From an uncultured Gemmatimonadales bacterium (GTDB lineage Bacteria > Gemmatimonadota > Gemmatimonadetes > Gemmatimonadales > Gemmatimonadaceae): DNA of 64,000 nucleotides. Below the pieces are notes generated by a model. The model saw nothing but the letters and a program-made list of their open reading frames with translations, searched no databases and was not told the origin of the DNA. The stretch's first letter is position 1, and each line of letters opens with the position of its first letter. Made by a program: the position numbers and the translations under genes. Location: NCBI GenBank assembly GCA_963701965.1, contig OY969695.1, forward strand, positions 960,001-1,024,000, read 5' to 3'. Shown here piece by piece: positions 56,171-64,000 of the stretch.

Positions 56171-56710
56171 CTAGGACGAGGGCGGCGTGTGCACCCACGT
56201 CATGCACACGATCGCCTCGGCGGGGATCGCCTGCACCTCCAGGCGGCCGCGTCGCACGGCGTACAGCGACGAGGGATCGACCAGACGCGCCTGCAACGTG
56301 TACCGGCCCGCCGGCCACCACAGCCAGCGGCGCAACGTCCCGGTCCGTGACACACAGGAGTCCGGCGGGCCATACCGCGCCGTCAGCTCGTCCTCCAAGG
56401 CCACGGTGGCGCCTTCCAGACTGTCCAGCGGGATCAAACGCTCCCATCCCGCGGCCACGACGCGGTGGCTCTTCTTGTCCCGATCGAGCAGCCACGTCGT
56501 GTCGCCGGTCTGCCGGAGACAGCGCTCGACCGACGGCCCGCTCTGCTCGTACAGCAATCCGGACTGACACACATATGCGGCACTGGGCGCCATGTAACGC
56601 GCCACCACACTGTCGGCTTCCGGCGCCGCGATCGTTACCGGACGCGGACCGTGACCGCCGCACGCGGTCGCTATCGCCAAGAGCGGGGCGAGAACCCACG
56701 GCCATCGCAT
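56171..56710 (-). CDS. Hypothetical lipoprotein
   Basis: Lipobox ATAC. Confidence 0.6.
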   Translation of the reverse strand: MRWPWVLAPLLAIATACGGHGPRPVTIAAPEADSVVARYMAPSAAYVCQSGLLYEQSGPSVERCLRQTGDTTWLLDRDKKSHRVVAAGWERLIPLDSLEGATVALEDELTARYGPPDSCVSRTGTLRRWLWWPAGRYTLQARLVDPSSLYAVRRGRLEVQAIPAEAIVCMTWVHTPPSS

Positions 56711-56774
56711 GCCCGAACGTTAACGGGCGGTTCGACTTGCCGGAGGGCCAGCGTTCACGTACTCTAGCCAGGCC

Positions 56775-57638
56775 GTGACCATCCCCGAGAGTGGGCGCGC
56801 CGTGGGCGCGGTGATAGGCGGACGATACGTCATCGAGCAGGAGCTCGGGCGCGGCGGGGGGATGGCGACCGTCTACCACGCGTGGGATGGACGGCGGACG
56901 CGGGCCGTCGCCATCAAGTTCTTGGAAGCGCCCTACGCCGATCCGGTGGCGCTCCAGCGGTTCGCGCGCGAGATCGTCACGCTCTCGCAACTCGCCCACC
57001 CCCACATCCTTCCCCTGTACGATTCGGGACAAGATGCGGACGGCAGCTTGTTCTTCGTGATGCCGTACGTGGCCGGCGGATCCCTGCGCACGGTGATCGA
57101 GCGCGAGAAGCAGCTGCCCGTCGCCGACGTCCTGCGCATCGCGCGGCAGCTCGCGGACGCGCTGTCGTTCGCGCACGCCCGGGGATTCGTGCACCGCGAC
57201 ATCAAACCGGAGAACGTGCTGATGCAGGGCGACCAGGCGCTGCTGGCCGACTTCGGGATCGCGCAGGGCACCGGCGGCTCGCGCCTCACGACGACCGGCG
57301 TGATCATCGGCACCCCGGGATACATGAGCCCAGAGCAAGCCTACGGCGATCCCGTCGACGGCCGCAGCGATGTCTACGCGTTGGGCTGTGTGTTGTACGA
57401 GGCGTTGACGGGCGCGCCGCCCGGACGCGACGGCGGCAGCGGCGCGCGACGCTACTTCGGGCCCGCGGCGCCGATCCATCCGCAGCGGCGGGACGTGCCC
57501 GAGCACATCGAAGCCGCGATCCTCCGCGCGACGCGGGCGATGCCCGACGAACGGTTCGCCACGGCCGAGGATTTCGCGCGGGCCCTCGGCGAGCCCGCGA
57601 AGAAGCGCCGGCTCCCGTGGCCCGGAAAGCAACAATGA
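56775..57638 (+). CDS. Stand-alone Ser/Thr protein kinase
   Basis: VAIK, HRDIKPEN, DFG, GTPGYMSPEQ. Confidence 0.92.
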   Translation: MTIPESGRAVGAVIGGRYVIEQELGRGGGMATVYHAWDGRRTRAVAIKFLEAPYADPVALQRFAREIVTLSQLAHPHILPLYDSGQDADGSLFFVMPYVAGGSLRTVIEREKQLPVADVLRIARQLADALSFAHARGFVHRDIKPENVLMQGDQALLADFGIAQGTGGSRLTTTGVIIGTPGYMSPEQAYGDPVDGRSDVYALGCVLYEALTGAPPGRDGGSGARRYFGPAAPIHPQRRDVPEHIEAAILRATRAMPDERFATAEDFARALGEPAKKRRLPWPGKQQ

Positions 57639-57654
57639 CGATAGATTGTGCCGC

Positions 57655-59307
57655 ATGCTTCGGCTGACGGCACTCGGCGGGCTCACGCTCTTGCAGGACG
57701 GTCAGCCGCACCAGGGGCCGGCCAGCCAGCGGCGGCGGCTCGCTTTGTTGGCCCGCATCGCCACCTCCGGCAAGCGCGGCGTCACGCGCGACTTGCTCGT
57801 CTCCACGCTTTGGCCCGGCAGCGCCGCCGACCAGGCGCGCCACGCGTTGGAACAAGCGTTGTCCGCGACGCGCCGCGCCCTGAACGTCGAAGCGCTGTTC
57901 GTCGGCTCGGGCACGCTCCAGCTGAACACGTCGATCTTCAGTTGTGACGTCACTGATTTCGAGGAATCCGTCAGCCAGCGCGCCGCCTATCGGGCCGTCT
58001 CGCTCTATCAGGGCCCGTTTCTCGATGGATTCGCCGTCGACGGCGCGCCGGCGTTCGACCGCTGGATCGACGAGGAACGCGCCCGCCTCCAACGCGAGTA
58101 CGAGAAAGCGCTCGACGTGCTCGCCGAGGCGGCCGCCGACCGCAATGAGCACTCGGTCGCCGTGCAATGGCGACGCCGGCTGGCATCGGTGGATCCGCTC
58201 AGCTCCCGCTTCGCCCTGGAGTTGATCGAGTCGATGATCGCCGCCGGCGATCAAGCGGGCGCGCTCCGGTCGGCGCTCGTTCATGAAGAGCTGATCCGCC
58301 AGGAGTTGGACGCGCCGCCGGACCCGGCGATCAGTGGATGGATCGACCGGCTCCGCTCGGGGCGCGTCCCGATGCCCGCGCCGCGCACGCAACGGAAAAG
58401 CAGCGTCGCTCCCGTGGCGCCGTCGATCGCCGCGACGGCGTCCCTGCCGGAGGCCGTGACGGCGGACCAGTACCGCGACCGCGTCACCCGCGTGCTCGGC
58501 GACCGGTACGCGATCGAGCGGACTGTGGCCATTTCCACCGTGCTGGTGACCTTCGGCGCCAAAGACCGCCGGCGCTCGCGGCCGGTGCACATCCACGTGG
58601 TGGCGCCGGGGTTCGCGGCGCTGGCCGACGGCGAACGCATGGTCCACGTGTTCGAGCGCGTGACCACCCTCGATGATCAGCACGTGATGCCGATCATCGA
58701 CTTCGGGGTCTCGGGCGACGTGGTGTACTACACGACGGATCCCGCGGAGGGGCAGACGCTCAAGGATCGCCTGGCGCGCGAGCGGCCGCTCCCGATCGGT
58801 GAGGCGGCGCGGATTGCCAATGACCTGGTGGCGGGCCTGGCGCACGCGCATAGCCGCGGGGTCCGCCACGGCGACCTGCGGCCCAAACACGTCGTCCTCC
58901 AGGGCGCGATCGCGGTCGTCACGTCCTGGGCGCTCACCGACGCCCTCCGGCCGAGGCCGGGCTCGGACGCCGGCTCCACGATCGCAAGCTTCGGTGCCCC
59001 GGCCTATCTCAGTCCCGAACAACTCTCGGGAGAGTCGGCGTCCGACGAACGGAGCGACCTCTACAGCCTGGGCTGCATTCTTTATGAGACGCTCGTCGGC
59101 GAACCGCCGTTCCGCGCGGCGACCGCGCAGGGCGTCCTGTCGCGCAAGCTGAGCGAGCCGCCGCCGTCGCCGCGGACCCTGCGTCCGGAGATTCCCGAGG
59201 CGCTGGACACGCTCGTGCGGCGCTGCCTGGCGCGCCACCCGGCCAATCGCATCCAGAGCGCCGCCGAAGCGCGGGCGATCACGTCGACGTTGCGCGCGAC
59301 GCTCTAG
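57655..59307 (+). CDS. SARP-like wHTH/BTAD regulator fused to a pseudokinase
   Basis: LRLTALGG, LWP, LYQGPFLDG, FDRWIDEER; kinase part has VHIH, HGDLRPKH and TSW in place of DFG. Confidence 0.85.
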   Translation: MLRLTALGGLTLLQDGQPHQGPASQRRRLALLARIATSGKRGVTRDLLVSTLWPGSAADQARHALEQALSATRRALNVEALFVGSGTLQLNTSIFSCDVTDFEESVSQRAAYRAVSLYQGPFLDGFAVDGAPAFDRWIDEERARLQREYEKALDVLAEAAADRNEHSVAVQWRRRLASVDPLSSRFALELIESMIAAGDQAGALRSALVHEELIRQELDAPPDPAISGWIDRLRSGRVPMPAPRTQRKSSVAPVAPSIAATASLPEAVTADQYRDRVTRVLGDRYAIERTVAISTVLVTFGAKDRRRSRPVHIHVVAPGFAALADGERMVHVFERVTTLDDQHVMPIIDFGVSGDVVYYTTDPAEGQTLKDRLARERPLPIGEAARIANDLVAGLAHAHSRGVRHGDLRPKHVVLQGAIAVVTSWALTDALRPRPGSDAGSTIASFGAPAYLSPEQLSGESASDERSDLYSLGCILYETLVGEPPFRAATAQGVLSRKLSEPPPSPRTLRPEIPEALDTLVRRCLARHPANRIQSAAEARAITSTLRATL

Positions 59308-59322
59308 GGCCGCTCGCGGACG

Positions 59323-60042
59323 ATGGCATCGGTCAGCGTTCTCGCGATCGCCGCGCACCGCGATGACATCGAGCTGACGTGCGGCGGCACGCTGCTCCGC
59401 GCGGCGGCGTTCGGGCATACGACGGCGATCGTCGATCTCACCGAAGGCGAGTTGGGCACCCGGGGATCGGCCGCGCTGCGCGCCGAGGAGGCGAGCCGGG
59501 CCGCCGAAGTCCTGGGCGTCTCGGCGCGGGAGAACCTCCGGCTGCCCGACGGCGCGATCGTGAACACGCCGGAGACCCGCGTCGCGCTGGTGCGGGCCAT
59601 CCGCCGGTTCGCGCCGAGGGTGGTCATCGCCCCGGCGTTGCGCGGGCGGCATCCGGACCATCGGGCGACGGCGGAGTTGGTGCGGGACGCCTGCTTTCTG
59701 GCGGGACTGGCCAAGCTGGATCCCGGCACGCCCAAGCACCGCCCGGTCAAACTGATCCACTGCATCACCTATCGCGACGACTTCGAGAAGCCGACGTTCG
59801 TCGTCGACGTCAGTGACGTCTTCGAGCGGAAGATCGAGGCCGTGCGGTGCTACGCATCACAATTCGAGGGCGTGACGCAAGCCGGCGAGGTCCTGCCCAA
59901 CGGCGAGCCGCTGCTCGATATCGTGCGCCACCAGGCGGCGCACTATGGCGCGCTGATCCGGACGCGCTACGGCGAGCCGTTCTGGACGTCGGAGACCATG
60001 CGCGTGGACGACGTGGCCACGCTCGGCGTGTCGACGTTCTGA
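59323..60042 (+). CDS. bshB1: Bacillithiol biosynthesis deacetylase BshB1
   Basis: AHRDDIELTCGG, DLTEGELGTRG, HPDH, DACFLAGL. Confidence 0.85.
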   Translation: MASVSVLAIAAHRDDIELTCGGTLLRAAAFGHTTAIVDLTEGELGTRGSAALRAEEASRAAEVLGVSARENLRLPDGAIVNTPETRVALVRAIRRFAPRVVIAPALRGRHPDHRATAELVRDACFLAGLAKLDPGTPKHRPVKLIHCITYRDDFEKPTFVVDVSDVFERKIEAVRCYASQFEGVTQAGEVLPNGEPLLDIVRHQAAHYGALIRTRYGEPFWTSETMRVDDVATLGVSTF

Positions 60043-60058
60043 GTTATATTTTTCCGGT

Positions 60059-61222
60059 ATGCCGGATCCCATCTATCTCGACCACGCGGCCACGACGCCG
60101 GTGCGCGCGGAGGTCCTCGAAGCCATGCTGCCGTTCTACGGCCCGCGCTTCGGGAATCCGTCGAGTCTCCATCGCTGGGGACGCGACGCGCGCGTCGCGC
60201 TCGATGAGGCGCGCGAACGCGTCGCCCACTGCCTCGGCGCCCACACGGACGAGATCAGCTTCGTCTCCGGAGGGACCGAAGGCGACAACCTGGCCATCCT
60301 GGGGACCTGGCACGCCGCGCGCGGCGGGAACCGCACCGCGATTGTCACCACGCCGATCGAGCACAAGGCGGTCCTCGGCGCCGTGCACCAGGCGGCCCGC
60401 GAGGGCGCCCAGGAGCGCTTCGTAGCGGTTGATGGCGACGGGGTGGTGCGCGCCGACGAGTTCGAGCGCCAGGTCGGCGCCGACGTCGCGCTGTGCTCGA
60501 TCATGTGGGTCAACAACGAGGTCGGTACCATCCAGCCGATCGGCGCCTTGGCGGAAGTGGCGCGCGAGCGGGGCGCGGTCTTTCACACGGACGCGGTGCA
60601 GGCGTTCGGGACGATCGCCATCGATGCGGCGAGCCAGCCGTTCGACTTGCTGACAATGTCGGGGCACAAGATCGGCGCGCCAAAGGGGATCGGGGCGCTC
60701 TTTGTCCGGCGCGGCACGCGCATCGAGTCCATCCTGCACGGCGGCACGCAGGACCGCGGACGCCGGCCGGGCACCGAGAACGTGGCGTCGGCCGTGGGCC
60801 TCGCCCGGGCCGCCGAGCTGGTGGTCGCCGAGCGCTCGGCGGAACGCGAGCGGCTGCGGCGGCTGCGGGACACCCTGGAGGCGGTGCTGCGCGAGCGCAT
60901 CGGGGACATCGTGGTCCACGGGCGTGGCGCCGCCCGGGCGCCGCACATCGTCATGGTGTCAGTGCCAGGCACCGACAGCGAGTCCCTGCTCATGGCGCTC
61001 GACCTGGCGGGCATCGCCGTCTCGGCGGGGTCGGCGTGCCAGAGCGGATCGGAGGCGCCCTCGCACGTCCTCGGCGCCCTCGGCGTCCGACCCGAGGTCG
61101 CGGCTTCGGCGGTGCGGCTCAGCATCGGGTGCCTGACGGACGACCTGGCGATCGAGCGCGTCGGCACGATCTTCCCCGCGCTCATCGAGAAGGCGCGGCG
61201 TTTGTCCGCGGCCGGACACTAG
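60059..61222 (+). CDS. iscS: Cysteine desulfurase
   Basis: YLDHAATT, GNPSS, HTDAVQ, SGHKIGAPKG, SAGSAC. Confidence 0.9.
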   Translation: MPDPIYLDHAATTPVRAEVLEAMLPFYGPRFGNPSSLHRWGRDARVALDEARERVAHCLGAHTDEISFVSGGTEGDNLAILGTWHAARGGNRTAIVTTPIEHKAVLGAVHQAAREGAQERFVAVDGDGVVRADEFERQVGADVALCSIMWVNNEVGTIQPIGALAEVARERGAVFHTDAVQAFGTIAIDAASQPFDLLTMSGHKIGAPKGIGALFVRRGTRIESILHGGTQDRGRRPGTENVASAVGLARAAELVVAERSAERERLRRLRDTLEAVLRERIGDIVVHGRGAARAPHIVMVSVPGTDSESLLMALDLAGIAVSAGSACQSGSEAPSHVLGALGVRPEVAASAVRLSIGCLTDDLAIERVGTIFPALIEKARRLSAAGH

Positions 61223-61228
61223 CCTCGG

Positions 61229-62323
61229 GTGATGTCGCGGCGCGTGTTGGTGGCCATGTCGGGCGGGGTGGATTCGTCCGTCGCCGCGGCGTTGCTCGTC
61301 GAACAAGGGTACGACGTCATCGGCGCGACGATGAAGTTGTTCTGCTACGGCGACGCGACGCCGGACCGGCCGTGCTGCTCCCTCGACTCCATTGACGACG
61401 CGCGCCGCGTCGCCGCGCGGCTGGGCATCCCCCACTACGTCCTGCAGCTCGAGGACGCGTTCGGACGCGACGTCGTCGGGAATTTCGTCGACGAGTACGC
61501 GCGCGGCCGTACGCCGATTCCCTGCGTCCGGTGCAACACGTTCACGAAGTTCCGGGATCTCCTGGCCAAGGCGGACGCGCTCGACGCCGCGTTCATCGCC
61601 ACGGGGCACTATGCGCGGGCCGACCACGGCGTGCTCCGCCGTGGGTTGGATCCGCGCAAGGACCAGTCCTACTTCCTGTGGGGGCTGGATCGTACGGTCG
61701 TTGCCCGCATGTTGCTGCCCGTCGGGGCGTTGACCAAGCCCGAGACGCGCGCCCGCGCGCGTGGCCTGGGCCTGGATGTGGTGGCGGACAAGATCGAGAG
61801 CCAGGACATCTGCTTTGTGCCCGATGGGGATCATACCAAGATCATCGCCGCGCGCCTCGGCGCTGACGCGCCGGCCTTGTCGCGGGGGCCGTTCGTCACG
61901 GCCGACGGCACGGTCGTCGGGTGGCATGAGGGGTACGCGCGGTACACCGTCGGCCAGCGGCGCGGCGTGCCCGGCGGATATCGCGAGCCCATGTACGTCA
62001 CCGCCATCCGGGCCGGCGAGCGCGCCGTCGTCATCGGCCCACGCGACGAGTTGCTCGGGCGCGGTGTGATCGCGCGGGAGATGAACTGGCTCGTCGAGCC
62101 GCGGGCCGTCGGCGATGCCGTCCTGGTCCAGGTCCGCCATCGCGCGACCCCGGTGCGCGCCGAGATCGTCCGCGTGGACGGTCCTGAGATCGAGCTGGCG
62201 CTCAATGAGGCGATCGCCGCCATCGCGCCCGGGCAGTCGCTCGTGCTCTACGACGGCGACGTGGTGCTCGGCGGTGGGGTCATCGAAGGCGCGCGGAGCG
62301 CCCTGCCCGTTCTCGCCGCCTAG
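61229..62323 (+). CDS. mnmA: tRNA 2-thiouridylase MnmA
   Basis: [33 protein letters not shown]. Confidence 0.96.
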   Translation: MMSRRVLVAMSGGVDSSVAAALLVEQGYDVIGATMKLFCYGDATPDRPCCSLDSIDDARRVAARLGIPHYVLQLEDAFGRDVVGNFVDEYARGRTPIPCVRCNTFTKFRDLLAKADALDAAFIATGHYARADHGVLRRGLDPRKDQSYFLWGLDRTVVARMLLPVGALTKPETRARARGLGLDVVADKIESQDICFVPDGDHTKIIAARLGADAPALSRGPFVTADGTVVGWHEGYARYTVGQRRGVPGGYREPMYVTAIRAGERAVVIGPRDELLGRGVIAREMNWLVEPRAVGDAVLVQVRHRATPVRAEIVRVDGPEIELALNEAIAAIAPGQSLVLYDGDVVLGGGVIEGARSALPVLAA

Positions 62324-62334
62324 CTCATCTGTGA

Positions 62335-63468
62335 CTAGTACTTGAGGCCCCCAGCCTCGGCGAACTCCCGCATCATCTTTTCCTGCTCCTCGGTCAGCTT
62401 CTCCGGCACGTTGATCGTGACTTCCACGATCAGGTCACCGCGCGCACTGTCCTTGGCGATCCCCTGCCCCGGCACGCGAAATCGCTTGCCGGACGGAGTC
62501 CCCGCGGGAATCCGGATGGCGACCTTCTTGTTGTCCAACGTCCGCACCGAGATCTTCGACCCCAACGTCGCTTGCGCGATGTTGAGCGGCACATGGGCGA
62601 TGATGTCGAGTCCATCGCGACGATAAAAGCGATCGGGCTGCACTTGGAAAGTGATGAGCAGGTCGCCAGCCGAGGCGCCTTCGGACCCGCCACCGCCTTG
62701 GCCACGCAGGCGGATCTTGGTTCCCGTGTCGACGCCGGCGGGAACAGTGATCAAGACCTTCTTGCGACTCCGCACCTCGCCCACGCCGTTGCACGTCGGA
62801 CAGGGCGTACTCGGCACCTGTCCGCGCCCCAAGCACATTGGACACGGCCGCGTGACCGCGAAGCCGCCTTGCCCGAACGAGACCACGCCTCGGCCGTCGC
62901 ACTCGGGACACGTCTTGAACGATGCCCCGGGCGCGCCGCCGGATCCGCGGCAGGTGGGGCACGGCTCATTCACTTCCAGCTCGATCGGAATCTTCCCACC
63001 CAACGCCGCGGTCCGGAACGGGATGTCGAGCGTCGTCTCGACCGTCTGTCCGCGCTGCGGCCCGCTCTCCCGGCCAGCACCGCGCGCCCCGTTGCCGCCG
63101 AACATCGAGCTGAAGAGATCGCCGAGCCCGCCAAACCCGCCGACGTCGAACTCGTCGAACCGGGGCTGGGCCTCAGGCCGCGCGCGCGAGCCCGCGCCTC
63201 CCCGGCGCGCCGAGTGCGCCGCGTCCGCGAACCCGCCAAACGCCCCGAGACGCCGCATCTCGTCATACTGCTTTCGCTTGTCGGCGTCGCCAATGACGTT
63301 GTACGCCTCGGAGATCTCCTTGAAGCGTTCGGCCGCCTTGGGATCGCTCTGGTTCGCGTCCGGGTGGTTCTTCTTGGCCAGCTTGCGATACTGCTTTTTG
63401 ATATCGTCTTGCGTGGCGGACGCGGCGACGCCGAGGACTGCGTAATAGTCCTTGGTCTGTGGCGCCAT
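62335..63468 (-). CDS. dnaJ: Chaperone DnaJ
   Basis: J-domain HPD, G/F region, four CxxCxGxG repeats. Confidence 0.96.
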   Translation of the reverse strand: MAPQTKDYYAVLGVAASATQDDIKKQYRKLAKKNHPDANQSDPKAAERFKEISEAYNVIGDADKRKQYDEMRRLGAFGGFADAAHSARRGGAGSRARPEAQPRFDEFDVGGFGGLGDLFSSMFGGNGARGAGRESGPQRGQTVETTLDIPFRTAALGGKIPIELEVNEPCPTCRGSGGAPGASFKTCPECDGRGVVSFGQGGFAVTRPCPMCLGRGQVPSTPCPTCNGVGEVRSRKKVLITVPAGVDTGTKIRLRGQGGGGSEGASAGDLLITFQVQPDRFYRRDGLDIIAHVPLNIAQATLGSKISVRTLDNKKVAIRIPAGTPSGKRFRVPGQGIAKDSARGDLIVEVTINVPEKLTEEQEKMMREFAEAGGLKY

Positions 63469-63475
63469 ACTCAGG

Positions 63476-64000
63476 TCAACCGTTCCACTGCTTCACGACC
63501 ACGCGCGCCGGACGCAGCAGCTGTCCGTTGAAGACGTACCCTGGCTGATAGACGCGGGCGACGACGTGGTCGTCCTCGGGAGACAACGCCGGCTCCGTCC
63601 CCACCGCTTCGTGGAGCGACGGGTCGAAGGCCTGGTCGAGCGGGATGATGATGGCCATGCCCGCATTCTGGAGCGCCTTGAGGAGCTTGCGCTCGGCGAT
63701 CTCGGCGCCGTGGATCACCGTGCCCACATCGACCGTCGCCGGATCGACATGCGCGGCTCGCGCGAGATCGTCGAGTCCGTCGACGAGCTGCTTCGCCAGG
63801 TCGGCCTGCGACCGGGTGCGATCCTCGGAGCGTTCGCGCTGCGTGCGCTTACGATAGTTGTCGTATTCGGCGGCGAGCCGCAGGTACTTGTCCTTTTGCT
63901 CTTGCAACTCGTCGACCTCCGCGGCCGATGCGCCGCGGGCGAACTCGTCCTCGGAACCAGGCACGCCTTCGTTGCGGGACTCGTCGGGAGCGCCGTCTGC
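63476..64000 (-). CDS. grpE: Nucleotide exchange factor GrpE (5' end may lie outside the window)
   Basis: [31 protein letters not shown]. Confidence 0.95.
   Translation of the reverse strand, partial: ADGAPDESRNEGVPGSEDEFARGASAAEVDELQEQKDKYLRLAAEYDNYRKRTQRERSEDRTRSQADLAKQLVDGLDDLARAAHVDPATVDVGTVIHGAEIAERKLLKALQNAGMAIIIPLDQAFDPSLHEAVGTEPALSPEDDHVVARVYQPGYVFNGQLLRPARVVVKQWNG

Overview
High-GC bacterial chromosome segment. The Hanks kinases, BTAD regulator and ECF/anti-sigma pairs suggest Gemmatimonadota (inference). The left ~22 kb is the right-hand part of an integrative conjugative element inserted into comM/yifB. It carries a >1000-aa REase-like gene missed by the ORF track, an IncP-like trb/traG/traF conjugation cluster (trbB-trbF heavily frameshifted), an ECF sigma/FecR pair, a HEPN + DUF3800-like nuclease pair bracketed by 24-bp inverted repeats, and a large serine recombinase whose frame runs across the att junction. 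The remaining ~42 kb is host backbone: hydrolases, rhomboid protease, kinases, ECF modules, a sensor kinase, a TolC/MacAB-like exporter, bshB1-iscS-mnmA, dnaJ and grpE. The most unusual signal is a small double-hairpin element (hairpin-TGTCCAACCGAC-hairpin). It sits in frame inside two unrelated genes and also occurs intergenically with entirely different stem sequences. All calls come from motif reading by eye; no database searches were run.
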